From positions 45,534 through 109,533 of the forward strand of contig JAWBAI010000004.1 of NCBI GenBank assembly GCA_038816475.1: a DNA stretch of 64,000 nucleotides, written 5' to 3'. Every line of letters starts with the position of its first letter. Positions within the stretch are counted from its first letter, which is position 1. Below the pieces are notes generated by a model. The model saw only the letters and a list, made by a program, of their open reading frames with translations, was not told where the DNA came from and did not search any database. The position numbers were made by a program, and so were the translations under genes. This stretch comes from Desulfurococcaceae archaeon (GTDB taxonomy: Archaea; Thermoproteota; Thermoprotei_A; Sulfolobales; Desulfurococcaceae). This document shows positions 45,763 through 55,475 of the stretch, piece by piece.

Positions 45763-46260
45763 TTATACTAGTGGTGGAGTAATGTTCAAGTGTAGATGAA
45801 CCCATCTACCAGTATAAACCCAGCTATCGAGCCCTGTATCGTACATCCAGAGCTCGAAGATCAGTGTTACACTTGCCGGTAGCGGTTTACTGGTGTAAAC
45901 TGGGACATTAACAAGTATTGTAGTGTTCTTTTTGTTTCCTAAAACGCTGAACCACTCGGCAACAGGGCTTTCGGGTGAAGGAGTAGTCGCCGTGGGTAAT
46001 GTGCCAGTATCGCCGATCTTGTATACAACTCTGTAGTACACGGGTTTCCCCATGTAGTTCGCTATGAATATGCATAGCCTTAGAACAGTGCTGTTTAACG
46101 CTACTCTGGGTAGTTCACCTATTCTACAGTCCTCGTTCAGCAACCCTATAGCGTTAAAGGGCTCAACAACATCTGGTCTAAGCACTAATGCGATTCCCAC
46201 AGTAGATGCCACAACTGATACTGCGAGTATTACTGCGAAAACCTCTTCGTCAAGGATCAC
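45763..46260 (-). CDS. DUF1616-like exported domain protein (membrane anchor plus beta domain)
   Basis: N-terminal TM, EPFNAIGLL, IANYMGKPVYYRV, LIFELW..WVHLHLNIT. Confidence 0.65.
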   Translation of the reverse strand: MILDEEVFAVILAVSVVASTVGIALVLRPDVVEPFNAIGLLNEDCRIGELPRVALNSTVLRLCIFIANYMGKPVYYRVVYKIGDTGTLPTATTPSPESPVAEWFSVLGNKKNTTILVNVPVYTSKPLPASVTLIFELWMYDTGLDSWVYTGRWVHLHLNITPPLV

Positions 46261-46266
46261 GCGGTA

Positions 46267-46758
46267 TCACCTAATAATCCATCTTCTATGAAGCTTAAAC
46301 CAAACATAGAGGTAAACCCTTGGCAACACGAAGTAGATCAATAGTGGTATTGAAGCTAGGATGGCTACGGTTAAACCACGGGTGATCAGGATCTCAAGGT
46401 AAACTCTCTCAGCAACAGGTTTGAGGTAAACTACACGTTGTTTAGCCTCCTCGAGGTAGGCTATAGCGCTCTGGGTGTTACCTCTACTGTACTCCTCTAT
46501 AGCTTTGTTGAGTAAATCCACTACATCGTCTACGCACAATCCTCTGCTGTGCAGGTACTCGAGTTCACTCATAAGGTTCTCTATTTCATTAAGCACGCTG
46601 TTTTCAGCTTCAAGTTGAATTGCAAGCATGAAAAGCGCGATGAGCATTAAAGAAAACAGTACGGTACAGATGGATACATGTAAACTCCACATACACACAT
46701 CACCTAAAAGTTTCATACCATGAGATCTAGAAGGCTGGTTAAATACCCGGTGTAACAA
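46267..46758 (-). CDS. Hypothetical membrane protein
   Basis: TM, helical bundle (GLCVDDVVDLLNKA), C-terminal TM and W/basic tail; real start likely downstream of the track start. Confidence 0.65.
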   Translation of the reverse strand: MLHRVFNQPSRSHGMKLLGDVCMWSLHVSICTVLFSLMLIALFMLAIQLEAENSVLNEIENLMSELEYLHSRGLCVDDVVDLLNKAIEEYSRGNTQSAIAYLEEAKQRVVYLKPVAERVYLEILITRGLTVAILASIPLLIYFVLPRVYLYVWFKLHRRWIIR

Positions 46759-48448
46759 CGGTAAACCCTAGTTCCGAGAAAACGCTTGAAATTACATGGT
46801 ACTTGAATTTAAGAGCACGCGAGTGTATTAATACTACGGGTCCCTTAGTTACACCCTGAGACTCTAGGTCTTTAACAATGGCTACACCAAGAGACCTATA
46901 GTAGTCAACAATCATGCTTAGAACGCTGTCCCCCGGTATAGTTAATAGGCGCGGGCTCCCTCTATGCCAGCTCGAGTAGTCATAGGGTGTTGTCAACTTT
47001 TCCTCTTGGACTACAGCGTTTAATCCCAGTAGAACATCTATGGGTTTTCCTCTTATGAAGTACGCTTCACCACGTGGTGTAATAAGGTACAGGTAGAGCT
47101 CCGTGGTGGATTTCGGGGGTTCTTCTTTTTTGATAGTCGAGATCACATAGCTGTATAATGTTTGAAGTAGAAGGTCTAGTTCAACAGCACTTGTTGCCGT
47201 GATATCAGCTACAACTATGCTTCTGTGGGGTTGTGCCCGCTTGTCAACGTCACTACTACTGTAGACTTTAACGACCAGGTCAATAATGTCGCTTCTACGA
47301 AGGCTCTTCTTCCAATGAATATGCTTGAGGGAATCTCCTGGTGTGTACTCTCTTACACCCATGTACTCTCCTATGATTCCTCTTGTGTACTGAATAATCC
47401 TCTCTAGTAATTTACTGGGAATCTTCCACATGATTTTGACATTGAAGCGTGTTCTCAAGCGTGGTTCTCCGGGTTTCACGAGTCTCCTTATTTCTAGTAC
47501 CGGTTTTTCCTGCGTTTCTATGTCTCCTGCTATTCTAACTCCGGGTTCATCCACTTGGTACTTACCACCGGGAGCTATCACGCTAACTGGTAACGAAACG
47601 GCTCCTTCAACTCCAGGAGTAGCCGTTGAAGCTCCTGTAGAAGTTCCTGGTGTTACCTGAACAACGAGCTTGGAGATAACCGGAGGTGAAATGTATCCTG
47701 AGTATAGTGCTAGTATTTTCTCAGCTTCTCTGTAGAGTTCTGAGAACTTGGGTACAACGTTGTACTCGATTACATATGGACCGTGCTCTACGCTGGTTAG
47801 TTTTCTCGGATCTTGTAGCACAACTCTAAGGCTGTGCTTATTTGAACCAAGTCTTCGGGCGCGGATCCTAATGGTGCTTGAAGAACTGTTTTCAGCGCTC
47901 TTTGACCCGAAGAACTGGTCGTCAACTACTACGCTGTACACGAATGAACCTGGGCAATCAACATTGACTACTATGTTTACGGAGTCGTTTAAGTAAACAA
48001 TTGAACTGGGTGCTGTAACCTTTACACTAGATTTGCTTAATCTATTGTACTCGATAATTAGCAGTACAACAAGTGACGTAGCAGAAACAAGTGCAATGGG
48101 GATAGCTCTCGCGGAGAATAGGTATATAGGTGTGAGAACAAGGAGTAACGTGTAGATAAACCTCGAGGGGCTCTCTTCGCCTGAGTACAGGATATAGTAA
48201 AGTGTTGCCAGAAGAGATAATGGCGTAGCTATCGTGTAAGTGCTCAAACTAGTAGTTGATACCACGAGCACTATGCCGCTGTACATAGCGGATAGTAGCG
48301 TTATGCGCGGTCTTCTAAGCAACATGGAGAAAAGCAATACCGGTACCAGCACGAAGATCAAGTGTTCAGTATGAAAGTAAACTAGCACGCACCCTAGAGC
48401 CATGAGCACGTACACAAGTACTTCTAAAACTCTACTCCCTTGTAGCAA
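46739..48448 (-). CDS. DUF58-family protein with N-terminal TM domain
   Basis: GVREYTPGDSLKHIHWKKS..LVVK motif; in a MoxR operon. Confidence 0.85.
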   Translation of the reverse strand: MLQGSRVLEVLVYVLMALGCVLVYFHTEHLIFVLVPVLLFSMLLRRPRITLLSAMYSGIVLVVSTTSLSTYTIATPLSLLATLYYILYSGEESPSRFIYTLLLVLTPIYLFSARAIPIALVSATSLVVLLIIEYNRLSKSSVKVTAPSSIVYLNDSVNIVVNVDCPGSFVYSVVVDDQFFGSKSAENSSSSTIRIRARRLGSNKHSLRVVLQDPRKLTSVEHGPYVIEYNVVPKFSELYREAEKILALYSGYISPPVISKLVVQVTPGTSTGASTATPGVEGAVSLPVSVIAPGGKYQVDEPGVRIAGDIETQEKPVLEIRRLVKPGEPRLRTRFNVKIMWKIPSKLLERIIQYTRGIIGEYMGVREYTPGDSLKHIHWKKSLRRSDIIDLVVKVYSSSDVDKRAQPHRSIVVADITATSAVELDLLLQTLYSYVISTIKKEEPPKSTTELYLYLITPRGEAYFIRGKPIDVLLGLNAVVQEEKLTTPYDYSSWHRGSPRLLTIPGDSVLSMIVDYYRSLGVAIVKDLESQGVTKGPVVLIHSRALKFKYHVISSVFSELGFTVVTPGI

Positions 48449-49274
48449 GGTGAGCCACCACGACCAACAGTAATGTTAAAAATAGAACAGTGTATATGCT
48501 TATTGCACCCCTCTCGTACAAGAGTAGTGTTCGAACAAAGCTCAGCACCTGTAACCGCATCTCGCTTTGGTCAAGAACAACTTCTCTACCATCAGCAAGC
48601 ACAGCAAAGAAGTCTCGATTGTACTCAAAGACACTGTTTTCAAGCAGATACTCCGTGAAGAACACTAACACTCTACCTCTTCCAATTGCAATTTCAACTC
48701 CCAGGGGAAATGCACCTATGGGCTCATTGAGGTCGTATAGTCTGTTTCCATTAAAGTCAACGTAAGCAAAAACGCTACTCCACACAATTACCCTAGCAAA
48801 CCCGAAATCCCCGCTCAGAGCATAGGGCCTCTCGAAGACAGTTCTTACTTGTAACTGTGATGTATTAACTAGGATTCTATCCATGCTATCAGCGTTAAGA
48901 ACACCGTCGAGAACGTAGCCTTTAAACTCGAGAAATACACCTAGATCTCTAAGTAACTTTACTACGAACTGTGGTGAACCATAGGCGATTACTACACCTC
49001 CGCTACTCGTGAACTCGCGAACTGGTGTAACGTCTTTGAGAGAGCTTTGACGAGCTAGCACGAGGACTGTTTGCTCTGGGTTTAAACCCGTTAGCTCGTT
49101 CATAGAGTACACCGTTCTTGCGCTGAGCGAAAAATAGAATTTCGAAAGCCCATAAGCTCCATCGTTACCAATGTTATGGGGCGTTGTTGAAGGCAGTAGA
49201 AGTACTATGAGGAACCCTAGTAGAGCCCCCAGCGTGATCGATAGCAGTACAAGTCTACTCTTCGGAGGAGGCAC
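48432..49274 (-). CDS. DUF4350-like exported protein
   Basis: N-terminal TM, N..AYGLSKF, FTSSGGVVIA, IGRGRVLVF..LLENS..NRDF, VVLDQS, C-terminal TM. Confidence 0.7.
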   Translation of the reverse strand: MPPPKSRLVLLSITLGALLGFLIVLLLPSTTPHNIGNDGAYGLSKFYFSLSARTVYSMNELTGLNPEQTVLVLARQSSLKDVTPVREFTSSGGVVIAYGSPQFVVKLLRDLGVFLEFKGYVLDGVLNADSMDRILVNTSQLQVRTVFERPYALSGDFGFARVIVWSSVFAYVDFNGNRLYDLNEPIGAFPLGVEIAIGRGRVLVFFTEYLLENSVFEYNRDFFAVLADGREVVLDQSEMRLQVLSFVRTLLLYERGAISIYTVLFLTLLLVVVAHLATRE

Positions 49275-50997
49275 TTAGAACACCGTAGTAGGCTTCTTCG
49301 GCTTCTTCGTACAAAGGCTTCTTACTGGAGTAAAGGTCTCTTTCAACCAGTTGCAGAAATCTCCACAGTAGCTTTCCAAGTCCTTCAGGGATTTGATGTG
49401 AGATCTGCCTGTAGTGCTCTCTAAGGGTTTCACTCTCCCTTGGAAGTCCGAGTTTCAGTTTCTTCAGGAGATTGTAGTAGAGCATGGCTATCCGCGAACC
49501 TAAGCCCATCTCGTAGGGCTTTAGAAGAGCGTCTCTCGCAAGGTTTTCCAGCTTACGTGGAATCGCCTGAGCTTTCCTCCAGTAGCTAACAAATGTAACT
49601 ACGAAGCTTTTCTCGTGCTCGCTTACCAGAGGTATGAGAATAATTGAAATGAGAGTGAGTACTAGTAGAACGGGTATGTTGACCACGTAGACACTTAAGC
49701 TCAAGTTAAAAGCATCGTATTTTTCGCTTAGGGGTTCAACCTTGATCCGGAGATCTAAGACCTGTACTGGTAAAATACCACTGTAAACCGGAATGCTGAG
49801 AACACCTCTACCCGGGACAGTGAATGTTCTCCTAGTGTAGTCGATCATAGTTACGTAGACATCTACCTGGTCTTCGTTTACGATTAAAATTCTCACGTAT
49901 CCAAGCCATGCTATGGAGATATCGTCGGATAGTACTTTTACGCGTGGATAAACGGGTTCAACGTAGATTGGTCTAGCAAGGCAGTATTGGATAGTTTTAT
50001 CCGTAGCATCCACGCAGAGTTTTATCACGTTGTGCCCAATTCTGCAGTGTGGTGGGCAGTTCACGCTTACGGTGTTATTGCCAGGTTGTAAAGTTGTGTT
50101 CAAAACCTCTACGTCATTCATGTATAAGGTCGCATCGAACACCTCATCTGATAGCATTGTCACAGTAATGTTGTCCCTGTACCTGGTGGTAATTGGTGCA
50201 TCTAGCTGAACACGGGGTAAACCATACTCCGCTTTAAGCAGTGAAGCCAGCATGTAAGAGTTGTTTTGAAACCTAAAGTATAATGCTAACCAAACTTCCC
50301 TGGATCTCACACCGTAATCCGAGAGAAGATGTGCTCCAGGAATCTCCACCGAAATCTCGTAGTGGGTTTCGTTACGTACATAGGGTTCGTACTCAGCAAT
50401 TCTCACCATGTTTGGCCAAACGAAAACCTCAGTACTAACAATCGGCATATTTCTAGGAACTACGAGTTTAATAACGTCCCCTGGGCTGTACTTGTCTTTA
50501 TACGGTTCAATCGTAAACAGCTCTTCTAGCTCAGCTCTTTGTAGGTAGATCCTCTGTAAACGCTCCTCCAGGTTCTTAATCTTCAACTCTATTCTCACGG
50601 CAAGCGCGGAAGCAGCTGATGAATCGTGACTGCAAGCTTTAATTCTACTAGCGTAGTTTACAATGGTGTTTAATCTTGACATGATACTGTACAAAAGTGA
50701 GAGGTTCGGCGCTTCGCTCTCTAATCCGTTCACGAATCTGTAGTAGTCTAGTAGCACTCTGTAAGCTTCAACATGAAGTTCTCTGAGCCCCGGTGTAACA
50801 CTCGTATTTACTAGGTGTTTCACCATAACTTCGCCTATGGTATCACCTGTGAGAGCGTAGTCCAGTACTTTGTCTAGTAGTGCAAGATGGTACAAGCAGT
50901 CGGTGTTGAACTGTGAAGAGTGGATCATAACATCATGCGAAAACAAAGTTATCAGTAGTACTGATACGACTAGTAGTATTATCGAACACGACTTCAT
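49255..50997 (-). CDS. Exported membrane-anchored protein with C-terminal DUF4129-like domain
   Basis: Signal peptide, Ig-like ectodomain, TM, then LYYNLL..PRESETLREHY..LVERDLYS. Confidence 0.65.
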   Translation of the reverse strand: MKSCSIILLVVSVLLITLFSHDVMIHSSQFNTDCLYHLALLDKVLDYALTGDTIGEVMVKHLVNTSVTPGLRELHVEAYRVLLDYYRFVNGLESEAPNLSLLYSIMSRLNTIVNYASRIKACSHDSSAASALAVRIELKIKNLEERLQRIYLQRAELEELFTIEPYKDKYSPGDVIKLVVPRNMPIVSTEVFVWPNMVRIAEYEPYVRNETHYEISVEIPGAHLLSDYGVRSREVWLALYFRFQNNSYMLASLLKAEYGLPRVQLDAPITTRYRDNITVTMLSDEVFDATLYMNDVEVLNTTLQPGNNTVSVNCPPHCRIGHNVIKLCVDATDKTIQYCLARPIYVEPVYPRVKVLSDDISIAWLGYVRILIVNEDQVDVYVTMIDYTRRTFTVPGRGVLSIPVYSGILPVQVLDLRIKVEPLSEKYDAFNLSLSVYVVNIPVLLVLTLISIILIPLVSEHEKSFVVTFVSYWRKAQAIPRKLENLARDALLKPYEMGLGSRIAMLYYNLLKKLKLGLPRESETLREHYRQISHQIPEGLGKLLWRFLQLVERDLYSSKKPLYEEAEEAYYGVLSASSEE

Positions 50998-50999
50998 AG

Positions 51000-51260
51000 C
51001 TAGAACAACACCTCGTAGACTCTATAGATTACTATGGTTGTGAACAGAAGTAGCAGTGTAGCATTTAGTAGTTTTATAATTAAGGGTGCTTCGTGTAACG
51101 GTTTAACAATCGTGTAGGATATAAAGTAGACTAAGATGTTCACTGATACATAAGCATCAACTCTGCTTTCTCCTACCAGTAGAAGCGCGATGTTCATTAA
51201 TACAGTGAGTACCGTGTAGACCACTAGGAAGAGTTCTAGTTTCCTAACCAAACCTCTCAA
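51000..51260 (-). CDS. Small three-TM hypothetical protein
   Basis: GESRVDAYVS..YF; overlaps flanking genes in the operon. Confidence 0.7.
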   Translation of the reverse strand: MRGLVRKLELFLVVYTVLTVLMNIALLLVGESRVDAYVSVNILVYFISYTIVKPLHEAPLIIKLLNATLLLLFTTIVIYRVYEVLF

Positions 51261-51933
51261 CCCTGACGATCAGTCTTGTATAGCCGGGTAAAACCTCCTT
51301 CTCGATCAAGTGCACTCTACTCTCTCCCACGAGTTTAGCTACAGCGGTGAGTACGAGAAGCACAACCGGGTCAACAGGGTACTTGGTGTACTCAGCTAGA
51401 AGCTTACTTAACCCTATCACATCAATTACGTAGAAATCTCCTCTACGCTCAACTCGTATAATTCTACACAAGCCTAGTTCGCTGGCTAGTAATGTGTTCA
51501 AAGAGTTCTCGAGAGCGTGATCCGTAAGGTCTTCCAGTTTTTCAACATCCTGGAAGAGATCAACCGGGATCGAGAAGTACGGGAAGCCGCCTGCGAACCC
51601 CATACCTGGATTTGGTTTACTGGGGCAGTCTTTCTTAGAGAAAACCAGTAGAGTGTAACCTGCTTCTGAGTGAGCACAGATCCTATGGGTTAACAGATCT
51701 AAGTCTTCAACAACAGTGGTAGTAGCGTTTACCAAGAGCGAAGTATAGCTAAGTAGAGCTCCTACTGATGGTTCTCCAGGTATCAAGCTGTAGACCACGA
51801 AAACACCTCCCACAATACCAGTAGATGCACCAATGCCAACAAGCTCTACACTACCGGTGATTACACCGTAGATGGCTACAAACGCTGAAACCAGCAGTAC
51901 ATCTACTCCAAGGATAAGTAAGCGAGTGTTCAA
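51244..51933 (-). CDS. Hypothetical membrane protein
   Basis: Two N-terminal TMs plus soluble domain; coupled in the operon. Confidence 0.7.
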   Translation of the reverse strand: MNTRLLILGVDVLLVSAFVAIYGVITGSVELVGIGASTGIVGGVFVVYSLIPGEPSVGALLSYTSLLVNATTTVVEDLDLLTHRICAHSEAGYTLLVFSKKDCPSKPNPGMGFAGGFPYFSIPVDLFQDVEKLEDLTDHALENSLNTLLASELGLCRIIRVERRGDFYVIDVIGLSKLLAEYTKYPVDPVVLLVLTAVAKLVGESRVHLIEKEVLPGYTRLIVRVERFG

Positions 51934-52655
51934 GCTAAAGTCACCACTATCGGTTTTAATAGCAGATCCAAAGTCAGAACAGTACCTGCCAGCCTCTTGT
52001 GTCTATTGCTGAATGCGATATGATTTCTTGCGAAGTGCAGTACGAGGAACACGAGTAGAGCTTTCAACTCAACATCAACCACTGGTGATATGTATAGCAG
52101 CGCGAAGAACAGTAAAGAGGAAGCGTACTGGTAAACTTTACTTCTCGTCGCGGAAGCTACTATTGTAGACACCAGCACGTCAACTACGGTTAAGCTTAGA
52201 AGCCTCAACGTGAAGTCTACACCAAGGTACACACCTATGATTGTTGAAGCTAGAACAATAAATGGGATATGCGGCTGAAAAATCCTCTCTAGACTACTCA
52301 CATGGTAGTGGTAGTAGTACATGTACGTGAAAAGAATAGTTAGAATGATCAGTGAATCAACCGTGTAGTTAACCATGTTAGCTGGAATATTAAGAAAGTG
52401 TAGCAATGTGTGGAGAAACACTGTTGCTGTGTAAAAGGCGATCACGAGATAGTTCATCACTAATCTTCTTAGTAAAACGGTAGCGTTGAACACTATGAAC
52501 AGAGCTATAAGGAACAATTGAGGAGACACTAATAGCGTCTTGTTAAGGTAGAAGAGTATGAGGATAAGCAATGGGAGAATTAAAGATAAGGAGGTTCTAA
52601 GGTGCTCTGCGAACTCTCTGAACCAGTCGGTATAGCTACTTCGGAACAGGAACAC
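51930..52655 (-). CDS. Hypothetical polytopic membrane protein
   Basis: About 8 hydrophobic segments; overlaps moxR. Confidence 0.7.
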   Translation of the reverse strand: MFLFRSSYTDWFREFAEHLRTSLSLILPLLILILFYLNKTLLVSPQLFLIALFIVFNATVLLRRLVMNYLVIAFYTATVFLHTLLHFLNIPANMVNYTVDSLIILTILFTYMYYYHYHVSSLERIFQPHIPFIVLASTIIGVYLGVDFTLRLLSLTVVDVLVSTIVASATRSKVYQYASSLLFFALLYISPVVDVELKALLVFLVLHFARNHIAFSNRHKRLAGTVLTLDLLLKPIVVTLA

Positions 52656-53586
52656 TCTTTAACGCCTCTAATACTACGGATTCTGCTGTTACGTTCTCAA
52701 GTTCGTACTCTTCTTTCAGCTTAACTCTGTGTGCAACTACGTTTACGAATATAGATTTCACATCATCTGGTACAACGTAGTCTCTTCCATCTAGTATGGA
52801 CAGTATTCTAGCAATTCTCATTAAGTCTATTGTAGCGCGGTGCGAAGGACCGTACATAACAGCTGGATGTGTTCTTACGTAGTTTACTAGTCTAACTATG
52901 TAGTCCACGATGTACTGGTTCACCTCAACCAGCCTCGGAACAGCGTTTATGATCATGTTTATATCACTGGGAGCTGCAACGGACTCTATGGGGAGAGTTA
53001 GGATGAGATCAGATTTAGCAACGATCTCGGCTTCTTCCTCGGGTGGATTGTAGTAACTTGGTAAATTGAATGTGAACCTGTCAGCTAATGTCTCGAGTAT
53101 TCTGTAAGAGCTCACGGCGTACTTCTCGGGAACTTGTGTAGCAATAACCATGAATGGCTTTGGAATAGGGTACGTTGTACCATCCACTGTAACCTGGTAT
53201 TCCTGCATGGCTTCAAGTAATGCTGCTTGTGTTCTGGTTGGTGCTCTGTTTAACTCGTCGAAGAGCAGAATGTTGGTGAATATAGGTCCCTTAATGAATG
53301 TTCTCTCACCAGTAGGTTTGTACATGTGGAACCCTAGTATATCGCTTGGAAGTATATCTGGATGACCTTGTACTCTCCTGTACTCGCCACCAATAGCCTT
53401 CGCTAGGGCTTTTGCAAGTAGTGTTTTACCTGTGCCTGGGTATCCCTCGATCAGAAGATGTCCTCCAGCGAATAACGTTGATACAGCGTACTTCACGACA
53501 CCCCTTTTGCCCACGTACACCTTGGATACGGTATTAACAACTTCTCTCAACATGTCCCTGATCTTATCGAACTCGGTCAAGTCCAC
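52636..53586 (-). CDS. MoxR-family AAA+ ATPase
   Basis: GHLLIEGYPGTGKT, PDILPSDILG, GPIF, DELNRAPTRTQAALLEAMQE, DRF, VVPDDVK..HRV. Confidence 0.95.
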   Translation of the reverse strand: MDLTEFDKIRDMLREVVNTVSKVYVGKRGVVKYAVSTLFAGGHLLIEGYPGTGKTLLAKALAKAIGGEYRRVQGHPDILPSDILGFHMYKPTGERTFIKGPIFTNILLFDELNRAPTRTQAALLEAMQEYQVTVDGTTYPIPKPFMVIATQVPEKYAVSSYRILETLADRFTFNLPSYYNPPEEEAEIVAKSDLILTLPIESVAAPSDINMIINAVPRLVEVNQYIVDYIVRLVNYVRTHPAVMYGPSHRATIDLMRIARILSILDGRDYVVPDDVKSIFVNVVAHRVKLKEEYELENVTAESVVLEALKSVPVPK

Positions 53587-55252
53587 CTATACCTCTTGAT
53601 CGTAGTATTCGAACGAGCCTGTAAGCGCTTAACACCAAAATATAGACAACCAGTATGGTAAATAAGGCTAAACCAACGATGTTTAGTACGTATACTACGC
53701 TTTTCTCATGACCTGTAGTATTCACAGCGTTTAAGTTGAGCGCTATGAGTAGAGCTTCCCTGGTAGATTCTAAGTCAGATGTGTCCTTGTACTGTTTGAA
53801 CAGCGATACTCGGGAGTAAATGGTGTACTCGCCTGTGGGCGTTTCAACTACGACCGGTACTAACACGTAGGCTAGTATGTACTCCTTGTCGTTCTTCTCC
53901 ATTAGAATATAGCTTATCTGAGCGGGTATAGATGGCTCACTCCACGAGCTTAGTATTCTGTAACCCTGTAAGCTTACGCATAGCTGCAGGGTGTGCAGTC
54001 TTGCTGGAATATCAACAACCTCCAGGAACCCAGTGTACCTAACACCGTTAACTACAAGGCTTATTCTGTACGTTGACAAAGAACCTATTACTCTCGTTAA
54101 GAAAGCATCATATAGTAGCGCGGTCACGGTAACCCTATCTGTGAACAAGTACTTATGCGGGCTTTTCACGATCTCGTCGAGACTGTATGCTACCACCCTT
54201 ACGCCGGCTGGTTCTCCGTTGTTTGCACCTATTGATAATACAATGGAGCTTTGCAACAACAATGCGATGAGAACAGTAGATGCTAGTATTCCACCAACCT
54301 GCTCCCACCTCAAAGAGGGGATTCCAAACCTGGTAGCCAGTGGTCTGGGCACTACGAACTTCACATGAGTGTACTTATTGATTAAAAGGAATGCTAAGGC
54401 AACGGAGATTGATGCGTACACTACGGAGGGTGAATAGTGGAAAACGTTCATGGCGAGCTCAGGGCTATAGTGTTTTGCCACGATGATTATTGCTAATACT
54501 CTCAGAAGGTTACCTGTGAAACCTACTGCTAAGCTTGTTAGCAAAGCAAGTTGCGAGATCCAGAGCTTTCTCGTAGTTTTTTCTTGTCCAACACTCGCGT
54601 AGTATGCTAGCACCGGAAAAACAGCTATTACAGTGCTAAGGACTAGAATACCGCTACAAGCAGCTTCAACACTGAACATATACACTCCCTGCTTTGTCTC
54701 AACCTCTATCGCCGTGAAAGCACCAGCATCAATGTACCTTGTGTTTGTTAACACAGCTACTAATCTACCTATAACTCGTGAAAGCCCGATTGTAGTTGCT
54801 TCAACAATGCTCACCGGTACTGGAACCATGAGTATTGGTGTAAGAACGGGGATTACATCGCTTTTCGATATTGGTTTAAAAAGCATTAGTAGAATAGCTA
54901 TCATCGCGATCGAGAAGCTTAATCCCTGTAGTTGCAACTGGTTCTCTGGTGTTAATACAGACGCGTGGTACAGTATCATCGAGATTACAACCAGAAGCAG
55001 AGACGCGATCAATCTGCTGAGCTGGAACTCGTAGGTAAAACCCATATACCTGAGCGATAGGTAAAGAGCGAGCATAACTGTTACTAATGAGACAAGTAAG
55101 TAGCTGTAATCCTCGGTGAACATCAGCTTAAGAATAGACTCCAAGTAATCTCTGTACACACCTTGAAGTAAGAGAGCTATGATCAATACAACTGTCAAGT
55201 ACCCTACACTTAGGCTCCTTCTATACTCCTGCACATAGCTCAAGAAAAACAC
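53564..55252 (-). CDS. Exosortase/archaeosortase-family transpeptidase with EpsI-like C-terminal domain
   Basis: DYSY, PVP, VEAACSGI (Cys), GNLLRV (Arg), VFHY (His); C-terminal extracellular domain with LHTLQLCVSLQGY resembling the EpsI HxPxxCxxxxGW motif. Confidence 0.85.
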   Translation of the reverse strand: MFFLSYVQEYRRSLSVGYLTVVLIIALLLQGVYRDYLESILKLMFTEDYSYLLVSLVTVMLALYLSLRYMGFTYEFQLSRLIASLLLVVISMILYHASVLTPENQLQLQGLSFSIAMIAILLMLFKPISKSDVIPVLTPILMVPVPVSIVEATTIGLSRVIGRLVAVLTNTRYIDAGAFTAIEVETKQGVYMFSVEAACSGILVLSTVIAVFPVLAYYASVGQEKTTRKLWISQLALLTSLAVGFTGNLLRVLAIIIVAKHYSPELAMNVFHYSPSVVYASISVALAFLLINKYTHVKFVVPRPLATRFGIPSLRWEQVGGILASTVLIALLLQSSIVLSIGANNGEPAGVRVVAYSLDEIVKSPHKYLFTDRVTVTALLYDAFLTRVIGSLSTYRISLVVNGVRYTGFLEVVDIPARLHTLQLCVSLQGYRILSSWSEPSIPAQISYILMEKNDKEYILAYVLVPVVVETPTGEYTIYSRVSLFKQYKDTSDLESTREALLIALNLNAVNTTGHEKSVVYVLNIVGLALFTILVVYILVLSAYRLVRILRSRGIGGLDRVR

Positions 55253-55475
55253 CGTGAAGATTAGGCATCAGATAGTTCGGGGATCAGTGCATAATCGGGT
55301 AAAATTTATTCAAACTTGGATTTTTAAGCTTCAACGGGTTACGCGATTGTACACCATGTATTTTGATCAGAGAAAAATGGCAACGGTGAACTCTTGGAGG
55401 TTCGGTTACCTGAGCAGTAAGTGATTTTTTAGTCCAACGATTACTATAGCTTAACATAAGAATGGGGATTCTTCA

